From an uncultured Acholeplasmataceae bacterium (GTDB lineage Bacteria; Bacillota_I; Bacilli_A; ML615J-28; CAG-698), in assembly GCA_963542825.1 (NCBI GenBank), contig CAUTZD010000003.1, positions 6,804-70,803 of the forward strand: 64,000 bases of DNA, given 5' to 3'. Each line of letters opens with the position of its first letter. The first letter of the stretch is position 1. This document shows, one piece after another, positions 10,292 through 18,441 of the stretch. The translations under genes and the position numbers were made by a program. The notes below the pieces were generated by a model that saw only the letters and a program-made list of their open reading frames with translations, did not search any database and was not told the origin of the DNA.

Positions 10292-12403
10292 TTATAGAAC
10301 CCTTTCACCTGTCTTCTGACTGAAAACATAAAGTTTCTTAAATCCTAGAGAAATTTTTTGACCAACACTTAACTGGCGTCCTTCAGCAACGATAACTCTG
10401 ATTGTTCCTTTTTCCCATTGAGCGGTTAAAGTGATATTTTCTTTAATTGGCTTAATGAAATTGAAGTCTTTTCCATTAAGTGTCCAAGCTCTAAATGAAT
10501 ATCCTGGTCGTCTTGGTAGAATCTTCGGTTCTTCAATTTGTGTTCCCACAGGAACTGTAATTGATGGAACTGGACTTCCACCTTCAACTGCGAAACTAAC
10601 AGTAACCATTTTTGGTGTTTTAGCTTTTGGATCTTTAGGTTCCTCGGAAACAGTTTCTTCAGACTGTTTTTGCTCTTCAAGTTCTAGGGCTTTTAAGGTC
10701 TTCCTCTCAGCAACCTTATCGAAGTTTTCGAAATCACAAATCGCCATCGTATCACGACCAATATGCTCGATATATTTAATGCCTGCTTTCATTGGTCCCT
10801 TTTCATCAATCACAAAGAACTCTGGACGAAGTCCAATAAATACTTCTTGATCATCAGCATCAGCATTTGTTAAAAGTGTGCCATTATTCAAGTAAAGTTT
10901 TTTACCAAGTATATATCCAGCTTGGATATTGATTGGTGGATTACCTAAGAATTTAGCAACAAATAAATTCTTTGGATTATCATAAACGTTTTGTGGTTCA
11001 TCTTCTTGCTGGTGAACACCATAATTCATTAAAACAATCTTATCACTTATACTCATCGCTTCTTCCTGGTCATGAGTAACGAAAATTGTTGTGATACCAG
11101 TAGAATGCTGAATACGGCGAATTTCTTCACGCATCTGCAAACGCAAGCGCGCATCAAGATTACTTAACGGTTCATCAAGAAGCAAAACGCGTGGCTTCTT
11201 AACTAAAGCCCGGGCGATGGCAACACGTTGCTGTTGTCCGCCTGATAGCTGTTGAGGTTTGCGGTCAAGCAAATCGCCAATATGAACAAGCTCTGCCATT
11301 TTCTTCGCCATCTCTAAGGCTTTCTCTTTTGGCACCTTCATATTCTCAAGCGGGAATAAGATGTTTTGTTTAACAGTCATATGCGGATAGAGCGCATAGT
11401 TTTGGAAAACAAGACCAATACCGCGTCTTTCTGGTGGCATTACGGTAACATCTTCTTCATCAAAATAAATCTTCCCATTCGTTGGATTATGTAGTCCTGC
11501 AATCATAAATAGCGTTGTTGACTTACCACATCCTGACGGACCTAAAAGACCAACAAGTTTTCCTGCAGGAATGGAAACGTTGAAATCATTAACAGCAACC
11601 GTTTCCCGTCCTTGCTTATCTGTAAAGACTTTTGTTAATCCTTCCAAACGAACTTCCACGGAATGCATCTTACCTTCGAGAGCTTGCCATAAACTAGCTC
11701 TTTTAGCTAAACTAGGATTTTCGATATGATTTTTGATGCTGATTATTAAATAAGTAAAAGCCTTGAGTTTAAGAATCTTCGTAAAATCTACAATTGTCTC
11801 CGCGTTATAGTCAAGCTTAATATTATCGATAATATTGTAATCAGTAAAAAGCATTTCATTTAACCGGTAAAGAATCGCTTCACTAATAAACTTTAAAGGA
11901 TCGCTCGTTTCAATGCCAAGACCTTCAACAATTTCTTTGGCTTCTTTAATTGTTGGATTCCCTTTAAAACATAACTTGTTTGTAAGCCAAAGAACAGTTT
12001 CTTCTAAATCACGTTCCTCGTTTTCTTTTAAAGGCTTTAAACAATACTTTTCCTTGATTTGATAATTCTCTACCCAAAGAGATTTATCTAGGGTTTTTGA
12101 TTCTTCCTTTGTTTCTTCTGATCCACTTAAAGAAACAATTTTGTTTTTAAGTTCTTCACTGGCATTAAAAAGTATCGCCTCGAATTCATCATTGCTTAGC
12201 AAATCAAGAAACTCTTTAATCTTTTCACCACTAAGGCTATTAATTTCCCGATCTAGCCGCGAAGCAAACTCTGGCTTCATAGCCTCTTGCAAAGCTAATA
12301 ATTTGGCTTTCGATACTTTAGGTTGTTTTTCGTGCCGCCTAAAAAGTCCAAGTAACTCAGAATCAAGGCACGGTTCTAAATTTTGATTTTCCTTATTTTC
12401 CAT
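10292..12403 (-). CDS. MalK/UgpC-type ABC ATPase with a 230-aa N-terminal extension and a Flg_new-like insertion in the C-terminal regulatory domain
   Basis: Walker A GPSGCGKST, signature [15 protein letters not shown], Walker B LLLDEP. The start was reassigned to the ATG at 12401-12403 (RBS AGGAG 7 nt upstream), because the 23 extra N-terminal codons of the tracked ORF are encoded by a terminator hairpin. Confidence 0.8.
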   Translation of the reverse strand: MENKENQNLEPCLDSELLGLFRRHEKQPKVSKAKLLALQEAMKPEFASRLDREINSLSGEKIKEFLDLLSNDEFEAILFNASEELKNKIVSLSGSEETKEESKTLDKSLWVENYQIKEKYCLKPLKENEERDLEETVLWLTNKLCFKGNPTIKEAKEIVEGLGIETSDPLKFISEAILYRLNEMLFTDYNIIDNIKLDYNAETIVDFTKILKLKAFTYLIISIKNHIENPSLAKRASLWQALEGKMHSVEVRLEGLTKVFTDKQGRETVAVNDFNVSIPAGKLVGLLGPSGCGKSTTLFMIAGLHNPTNGKIYFDEEDVTVMPPERRGIGLVFQNYALYPHMTVKQNILFPLENMKVPKEKALEMAKKMAELVHIGDLLDRKPQQLSGGQQQRVAIARALVKKPRVLLLDEPLSNLDARLRLQMREEIRRIQHSTGITTIFVTHDQEEAMSISDKIVLMNYGVHQQEDEPQNVYDNPKNLFVAKFLGNPPINIQAGYILGKKLYLNNGTLLTNADADDQEVFIGLRPEFFVIDEKGPMKAGIKYIEHIGRDTMAICDFENFDKVAERKTLKALELEEQKQSEETVSEEPKDPKAKTPKMVTVSFAVEGGSPVPSITVPVGTQIEEPKILPRRPGYSFRAWTLNGKDFNFIKPIKENITLTAQWEKGTIRVIVAEGRQLSVGQKISLGFKKLYVFSQKTGERVL

Positions 12404-12439
12404 ATACACTCCTGTTTCTTTTTTTATTTTTAACTGATT

Positions 12440-12467
12440 AAAAAAGCCAGACTTTTCTAAGTCCGGC
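12440..12467 (-). terminator. Intrinsic terminator (recR terminator and/or attenuator of the ABC operon)
   Basis: Minus-strand hairpin GCCGGAC-uuagaaaa-GUCUGGC followed by UUUUUU. It lies downstream of a strong promoter and a 32-codon ORF. Confidence 0.6.
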
Positions 12468-12498
12468 TTCATAGCTTCCGGACACCATGAAGTAAAAA

Positions 12499-12597
12499 CT
12501 ACCCCTTGGTGTCAAATTTCTTAATTTTTTTAAATGAAAAGGTTTTTATCGGCATCGCATTTAATAGCTCAATGTTCTTGCTATAAATCATTCTCAT
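12499..12597 (-). CDS. Candidate 32-codon leader ORF (MRMIYSKNIELLNAMPIKTFSFKKIKKFDTKG)
   Basis: AAGGAG RBS 4 nt before the ATG. It sits between a sigma-A-like promoter and the terminator. Speculative. Confidence 0.3.
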   Translation of the reverse strand: MRMIYSKNIELLNAMPIKTFSFKKIKKFDTKG

Positions 12598-12615
12598 TTA
12601 ACTCCTTAGCACTAT

Positions 12616-12644
12616 ATTATACTATATTTTTGATTTTCTTTCAA
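12616..12644 (-). promoter_or_regulatory. Sigma-A-type promoter (TTGAAA-17-TATAAT) at the recR stop, reading toward the ABC operon
   Basis: -35 TTGAAA (complement of 12639-12644), 17-nt spacer, -10 TATAAT (complement of 12616-12621). Confidence 0.55.
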
Positions 12645-13221
12645 GCGCTTTTTTTAATGTGAGGTTATCAACATACTCGATATCAGAACCAAAAGGAATC
12701 CCATATCCTATCCGGTAAACCTCAATATTTAATCCCTGATTTTTAAATTCTTCCTTTAAAAATTCGACCGTTAATTCTTTGTTAATCGTTGAAGAAATTG
12801 CAAAAGTAATCTTTTCAATTTTGTTATCATTAATCATTCGAAAAAGCTTATCACTGCCGATGTTCTCTGGATTGATACCATCAATTGGAGATAAGAATTT
12901 ATCGAGGATAAAATAATAACCATCGTAGATTTTTAAGCTTTCGATTTGGATAATTTGCTTACTGTTTTCGACAATCAGAAGTTCGTTTTTCCGCTTCGTT
13001 TTACAAATATCACATAAATCATTTTCCGTATAAAAACCACACTTTTCACATTTTCTGACGCAATTAAATATTTTTTCAAGATTATTTATAAATAATTTTG
13101 CCTTATCCTTACCGATTTTTTCCAAAGTATACACAGCCATTCGTTCAGCCGTCCGCGGACCAACCCCGGGATACTCTTCAAAAGATCTAATAAGGTCCTC
13201 CATTACCTTCGGGTAACGCAA
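12622..13221 (-). CDS. recR: Recombination protein RecR
   Basis: MRYPKV..LIRSFEEYPGVGPRTAERMA N-terminus, C4 zinc finger (CEKCGF...CDIC) and Toprim. Conserved dnaX-ybaB-recR order. Confidence 0.9.
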   Translation of the reverse strand: MRYPKVMEDLIRSFEEYPGVGPRTAERMAVYTLEKIGKDKAKLFINNLEKIFNCVRKCEKCGFYTENDLCDICKTKRKNELLIVENSKQIIQIESLKIYDGYYFILDKFLSPIDGINPENIGSDKLFRMINDNKIEKITFAISSTINKELTVEFLKEEFKNQGLNIEVYRIGYGIPFGSDIEYVDNLTLKKALERKSKI

Positions 13222-13536
13222 TTAAAATAATCCCCCCATGCCACCAAGAAACGAATTGAAAGGACCCATTTTTTCATCGGTCATTTTTTCGATTTGCTGA
13301 TAGCAATCTTCACAAGCGGCTTGAATCATGTCTGATAACATCTCTACTCCATCTTCTTCGATTGGCAAAAATTCTTTATCAATTTCGACAGATGCTAAAT
13401 GTTTTGTCCCAAACATTTCAATTGTGACAACTCCACCAGCTTTACCAATAAAAATTGTGGAATTGATTTCTTCTTGGGTTTTGAGCATATCATCTTGCAT
13501 CTTCTTAAGTTTGTTGAGCATTGCTTGTTGATTCAT
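13222..13536 (-). CDS. ybaB: Nucleoid-associated protein YbaB/EbfC
   Basis: 104 aa, MNQQAMLNKLKKMQDDMLKTQEEI. Positioned between dnaX and recR. Confidence 0.85.
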   Translation of the reverse strand: MNQQAMLNKLKKMQDDMLKTQEEINSTIFIGKAGGVVTIEMFGTKHLASVEIDKEFLPIEEDGVEMLSDMIQAACEDCYQQIEKMTDEKMGPFNSFLGGMGGLF

Positions 13537-13538
13537 GT

Positions 13539-16500
13539 TTACTCCTTTCTATCGAAGAAACTGGCAATCACTTCACGAGCTTCTTCGACTTCTGTCTTTT
13601 CCTTTTTAAATTTCGTTAAATCAATCAAACCTTCAAATTTGAATGGTTTGAGAATTGGTTTTTGTGTTCCGTTAGCAAATTGATTACGATAATCTTTGCG
13701 GATTATTTCCCAAACTTCCTGAGGCAAAGCGAGGTACTCATAACCGGCTCCAAGAACCCTATACAAAGCTCCTGTTGCTGTCTCATAAAATTCTGGCTCC
13801 ATCACAAGATTACAATTAGTGATATCACCAAACACAAGAATCATCTTGCCATTATTTGCAGCTACTGGGGTACCATTTTTAAGAATTCTCAGGTTACCAT
13901 TACCAGGAAGCGCGACATCGAAATTAGCTCCAAGGTCGCTTTGGAAAATTGACAACACACGCTTTTTCTCATCACGAGCCTCTTGACTACTAGCATCATT
14001 TAAAATCTTTTCAATGTATTTGATGCTGTATTTTTTATAAAACCACAAATCTTTGTTTTCAATGTTTTCTGGTTTGTTATCGGCAACAATTGTCGAGTTT
14101 GTCTTATCTTTAATAACAAGTTCAGAATTTTTAACTATTGGTTTTACAACTTGTTCTTCTTTTTTATTTTCAAGCTCACGCAAGGCTTCAATTGCCTCTT
14201 GTTTACGGGCTTTGGTTTCTTCAAGTTCTGTTTGAATGCGCTCTTTTTCTTTTTCAAGAACTTCAAGCTTCTCCTGCGTCTCGCGTTCTTTTAAAGCTTC
14301 GACTTCTGCTAGTTCTTGTTTTTTCTTCATAAATTCAGCTTCCTGTTTTTCCTTGATTGCTTTTTCTTTCATCTGAAGAATTTCTTCAGCTTTTCTGATT
14401 TCAGCTTCCCTTTGCTCTTTCTCAAGCTGTTTAAGTTTTAACTCTTTCTCACGAAGTGCATTTTCTTCCTCAATGCGCTTTTGCTTTTCTTCGATAAGGA
14501 GCATTTCTTCTTTGCGCTTGATTTCTTCTAAACGCCGTTTTTCATTAAGGCTTTCTTCGCTAGTTTTACTAAGATCACCAAAATTAACTTTAGGGTCAAC
14601 CGCTTTTTGAAATTCACTCAAATTCTCATATTCATTACCACGATTAACAATTGAAGTTTTCCTTGCTTGTTTTTGCTTGATTGGACTATTATCATAAAGT
14701 TCTCCCGAAGCAAAACGATAAAACTCTTTTTCAAGTTTCTGAATACGTTCAAGTAAATCATCGTCAACTGCTGTATTCTCTCTTGATATCTTTACATTTT
14801 TCAAGTCGTTAAATTTTTCTTCGAGCTCATTAATACGCCCATTATACTTATACGTATTGTTGCTATTTGTTTGAATCTGTGATTTCAAAACAGAAATTTC
14901 TGAAAAAAGTGATTCAACTGTTTCACTGTTTGACGCTTTGCTAGCACCCTCTGTTTTTTGGTAGTCGCGTTCAAACCTACCCTCAAGAATCTCAAGACGC
15001 TTATTTAAAAGTTCAAGCTGATCTAGTTTATCATAAACGCTAGTATCTATTTCTTGAGGTCTAAGTTTCAGTTTACTAAGGTCACTATCAACGCCATATA
15101 CTTTCTTCTCGATGATATCGAATTTCTCTTGAAGTAAACCTACCTTTTTATCGATCAGTTCAACTTCTTCGCTGTTAGCATTCGTTATATTTTCGCCAAT
15201 ACTTCCGCGAGACATATCAAAAATTAACATCTTTTGTTCAAGCTCATCGATGCGCCCCTCAAAATAAGCGTTGTTAATCTTCGGACGATTTTCCTCAGCT
15301 ACTTCAAGTTTATGAAGACTCTCTTTTAGTTTAGGTATTTCAAGTTTGTTTAGTTCCTCAACAATCATTTCAAGTCGGTTTTTAAACTCTTCAATTTCTT
15401 CAGAAGATACCTTGGAACCCGTAGTTAACCCTTCAATATCGAGTTTATTTATTTTTTCTTCTAAAGCATTAAGACGCGATATCGTTTCAATTGTTTCCCC
15501 ACGCGCTTTAATCATTTTAACTAGAGCAATCTCAAAATGAATTCGGGGATTTGGTGTCCTCTTAATTTTATACAAAACCTCACTAAGGATTTCGATAAAA
15601 TAAAAGATTTTCGCTTCGGTCTCGTCTTTTGCAAGTTCAATAAACTTATCATAATCATAGATATGTTTATTTTGAATATCCCGCTCGCCATTCTTATAAA
15701 GAAGCATATCACGGTAAAGTTGTATCAAACCATATATTATCTTTGAGATTTCTTTTCCTTCAGCATAAAGCTCTTCAGCAATCGCTAAAGTCTCTTTAGC
15801 GCCACCCCTTGTAATGCTTGTTGCAAGTTTTACAAGTGCCTGGTATTCAACGTTCCCCGTAACAGAACTAACGTCTGTTATCTCAACTGTATCTCCGGTT
15901 GCATAACTTATAACTTGATCAAGAATACTTAAAGCGTCACGCAAAGCTCCTTCCGATGCTTCAGCAATTGCGATAAGTGCTTCATCAGAAACATTTAAAT
16001 CCTCGTTAACGACAATCAAACGAAGCTTTGTAAAAATCTCGTTAACTGTCAAAATCCGAAAATCAAACCGCTGGCAACGCGAAATGATTGTTTTCGGAAG
16101 TTTTTCAGGCTCGGTAGTTGCTAGAATAAAAATAACGTGTTTTGGCGGTTCTTCTAAAACTTTTAGTAAAGCGTTGAAAGCAGCCTGCGTAAGCATATGT
16201 GCTTCATCAATTATATAAACTTTATAATTAGCAGCAGATGGTAAAAACTGAACTTTTTCTCTGATATCACGAATTTGTTCAACCCCGTTGTTACTCGCGG
16301 CATCAAGTTCAATAACATCTGGGTAAGAACTCTCGGCAATTTCTTTACAACGGTTACACTTACAGCATGGCTCGGAATCGCGCGTATCTTGGCAAACTAA
16401 AGTGGACGCAAAAATACGGGCAACACTTGTTTTCCCGGTTCCGCGTGGTCCCGAAAATAAATAAGCATGCGATATCTTTTGTTGCCCAATTGAGTTTTGT

Positions 16501-16580
16501 AGGGTCCTTACGACTAATTCTTGTCCAACGACTTCTTTAAATTTCTTTGGTCTGTAAGTCCGGTAAAGTGCCTGGTACAT
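13539..16580 (-). CDS. dnaX: DNA polymerase III subunit tau/gamma with a roughly 450-aa charged coiled-coil extension
   Basis: N-terminal clamp-loader AAA+ region (GPRGTGKTS, zinc module CCKCNRC, DEAHML, SRCQ). The following 600 aa are E/K-rich repeats plus a C-terminal globular region. Confidence 0.9.
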   Translation of the reverse strand: MYQALYRTYRPKKFKEVVGQELVVRTLQNSIGQQKISHAYLFSGPRGTGKTSVARIFASTLVCQDTRDSEPCCKCNRCKEIAESSYPDVIELDAASNNGVEQIRDIREKVQFLPSAANYKVYIIDEAHMLTQAAFNALLKVLEEPPKHVIFILATTEPEKLPKTIISRCQRFDFRILTVNEIFTKLRLIVVNEDLNVSDEALIAIAEASEGALRDALSILDQVISYATGDTVEITDVSSVTGNVEYQALVKLATSITRGGAKETLAIAEELYAEGKEISKIIYGLIQLYRDMLLYKNGERDIQNKHIYDYDKFIELAKDETEAKIFYFIEILSEVLYKIKRTPNPRIHFEIALVKMIKARGETIETISRLNALEEKINKLDIEGLTTGSKVSSEEIEEFKNRLEMIVEELNKLEIPKLKESLHKLEVAEENRPKINNAYFEGRIDELEQKMLIFDMSRGSIGENITNANSEEVELIDKKVGLLQEKFDIIEKKVYGVDSDLSKLKLRPQEIDTSVYDKLDQLELLNKRLEILEGRFERDYQKTEGASKASNSETVESLFSEISVLKSQIQTNSNNTYKYNGRINELEEKFNDLKNVKISRENTAVDDDLLERIQKLEKEFYRFASGELYDNSPIKQKQARKTSIVNRGNEYENLSEFQKAVDPKVNFGDLSKTSEESLNEKRRLEEIKRKEEMLLIEEKQKRIEEENALREKELKLKQLEKEQREAEIRKAEEILQMKEKAIKEKQEAEFMKKKQELAEVEALKERETQEKLEVLEKEKERIQTELEETKARKQEAIEALRELENKKEEQVVKPIVKNSELVIKDKTNSTIVADNKPENIENKDLWFYKKYSIKYIEKILNDASSQEARDEKKRVLSIFQSDLGANFDVALPGNGNLRILKNGTPVAANNGKMILVFGDITNCNLVMEPEFYETATGALYRVLGAGYEYLALPQEVWEIIRKDYRNQFANGTQKPILKPFKFEGLIDLTKFKKEKTEVEEAREVIASFFDRKE

Positions 16581-16695
16581 AAGTCCTCCCGCTTGAGTAT
16601 CAATTATACCTCTAGATAGTTAAATAGTAAATGAGAAAAACCTAAAACTTTGTTTTCCTCATTTCTATAACATTAAAGCATTCACCTGATTATAC

Positions 16696-16706
16696 CACAA
16701 AGCACG
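16696..16706 (-). promoter_or_regulatory. Extended -10 promoter (TGTGGTATAAT) for dnaX
   Basis: The complement of attataccaca reads TGtGGTATAAT, about 115 nt upstream of the dnaX ATG. Confidence 0.4.
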
Positions 16707-16795
16707 GATCTTTTGTATCTTAAGTTAGAGACACCACTGCTTCTTTTTTTGCTTTTTTACTTTACTTTTTTCTTCTTTACCGGTATTATTTCCTT

Positions 16796-17019
16796 AGAGC
16801 GTTGACGAAGACAGAAACCTTAAAAACTATTTCAAAGGGAGATAAGGATAGTGAGACCTTATTAAATAGTGTAGGCTTTTTGAACACTTCTGAGCTGTTG
16901 GAAGAATTAAGTAGAACCAACCGTTAATTCCTTACGACAAAGGAGAAAATGAGGGCTTTATTGAATTAAGGTGGCACCGCGGAATATTTTTCGTCCTTAA
17001 GTTTTCTTAAGGACTTTTT
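16796..17019 (+). promoter_or_regulatory. T-box riboswitch leader of asnS
   Basis: Conserved T-box sequence AATTAAGGTGGCACCGCGG at 16964-16983, followed by terminator hairpin GTCCTTAAG-tttt-CTTAAGGAC plus T-run at 16991-17019. There is a candidate AAC (Asn) specifier in the stem-I region and a GGAGG RBS before the asnS ATG. Confidence 0.75.
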
Positions 17020-17035
17020 ATACGGAGGTATTTTT

Positions 17036-18403
17036 ATGGAAATTAAAGAATTAAGAAACAATTTAAAAAAGTTAAAGGCAAAAACGGTAACAGTTAACGG
17101 CTGGGTTCGCAACAACCGTAACCAAAAGGATTTTGGTTTCCTTGAACTGAACGATGGAACAACTTTTAAAAGTATTCAAGTAATCTATGATGAGAAACTA
17201 AAAAACTATCAGGAAGTTAAAAAATTATTAACATCTAGCTGTGTCGAAGTAACAGGAATTGTTGTATTAACTCCTGAGATGAAACAACCCTTTGAAATAC
17301 ACGCAACCAAAATTATGGTTCTTGGTCTTAGCGATGAAACTTATCCAATCCAGCCTAAAAAACACAGTCGTGAATTCCTACGTGAAAAAGCACACTTACG
17401 CCCCCGTACAAATCTTTTTTCAGCTGTTTTTAGAGTGAGAAGCTTACTGGCCTTTGCTATTCATAAATTTTTCCAAGAAGAAGGCTTTGTCTATCTTAAC
17501 TCACCACTAATCACCGCTAACGATGGTGAGGGCGCTGGTAACATGTTTACAGTAACTTCTCTCGATTTAAAAAGTGGCAAAAAATTTGACTGGAGTGAGG
17601 ACTTCTTCGGTAAACGCGCATACCTAGCAGTAACCGGTCAGCTCGAAGCTGAGTGCTTTGCTACAAGTTTTCAAAAAACTTATACTTTCGGTCCGATCTT
17701 CCGTGCCGAAAACTCAAACACAACCAAGCATGCATCAGAGTTTTGGATGATTGAACCAGAAATTAGTTTTTGTGACCTCAATGGCCTTATGGAAATTATT
17801 GAACACTTATTAAAATACGTCATCAAATACACTTTAGAAAACGCCCCAGAAGAAATGAAATTTTTCGACGCTTTTGTTGCTCCTGGAAAACTTAAGCAAC
17901 TAGATGATTTCCTCAAAGCAAAAATTAACATCTGTCCATATGAAGAAGTTATTAAGCTTGTTCAAAAAAACAACAAGAAATTCGAACACGTTTTACAGTT
18001 TGGTGATGATCTTGGCAGTGAACATGAAAAGTTTTTAACCGATGAATATTTTAAAGCCCCAGTATTTGTAACTAACTGGCCGAAAGAGATTAAAGCGTTT
18101 TATATGCGCGAAAACCCTGATAAGAAAACCGTAGCAGCGGTTGACCTACTTGTACCTCTTGCAGGAGAACTTGTTGGGGGTAGCCAAAGAGAAGAACGCC
18201 TCGATATTTTAATTAATAAAATGGATGCTTTAAAAATGGACAAATCAATCCTTGACTGGTATATCGATTTACGACGCTACGGCACGTGCGTTCATTCAGG
18301 ATTCGGAATTGGTTTTGAACGCCTTGTGATGTATGTAACAGGAATTGAAAACATAAGAGATGCTATTCCATTCCCTCGCACACCTAAATCTTGTGAACAC
18401 TAA
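17036..18403 (+). CDS. asnS: Asparagine--tRNA ligase (class II)
   Basis: 455 aa with an N-terminal OB fold and class-II motifs (FRAENSNTTKHASEFWMIEPE, GGSQREERLD, GFGIGFERL). Confidence 0.85.
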   Translation: MEIKELRNNLKKLKAKTVTVNGWVRNNRNQKDFGFLELNDGTTFKSIQVIYDEKLKNYQEVKKLLTSSCVEVTGIVVLTPEMKQPFEIHATKIMVLGLSDETYPIQPKKHSREFLREKAHLRPRTNLFSAVFRVRSLLAFAIHKFFQEEGFVYLNSPLITANDGEGAGNMFTVTSLDLKSGKKFDWSEDFFGKRAYLAVTGQLEAECFATSFQKTYTFGPIFRAENSNTTKHASEFWMIEPEISFCDLNGLMEIIEHLLKYVIKYTLENAPEEMKFFDAFVAPGKLKQLDDFLKAKINICPYEEVIKLVQKNNKKFEHVLQFGDDLGSEHEKFLTDEYFKAPVFVTNWPKEIKAFYMRENPDKKTVAAVDLLVPLAGELVGGSQREERLDILINKMDALKMDKSILDWYIDLRRYGTCVHSGFGIGFERLVMYVTGIENIRDAIPFPRTPKSCEH

Positions 18404-18406
18404 TTT

Positions 18407-18441
18407 AAAAGGACGAGACTTTTTAATTCTCGTCCTTTTTT
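18407..18441. terminator. Bidirectional terminator between asnS and the convergent lipoprotein gene
   Basis: AAAA-GGACGAG-actttttaatt-CTCGTCC-TTTTTT. Confidence 0.7.

Noticed and set aside
10292-12472. Tracked 726-aa start for the ABC ATPase
   Set aside because: The first 23 codons are the read-through of the terminator hairpin (GCCGGAC...GUCUGGC U6). The ATG at 12401-12403 has a proper AGGAG RBS, so the start was reassigned.
16581-16760. Possible SRP RNA (scr/ffs) upstream of dnaX, as in B. subtilis
   Set aside because: I looked on both strands for the domain-IV core (GGUCCGGAAGGAAGCAGC with a GGAA tetraloop) and found only a weak AGAAGCAG. This is not supportable without a covariance-model search.
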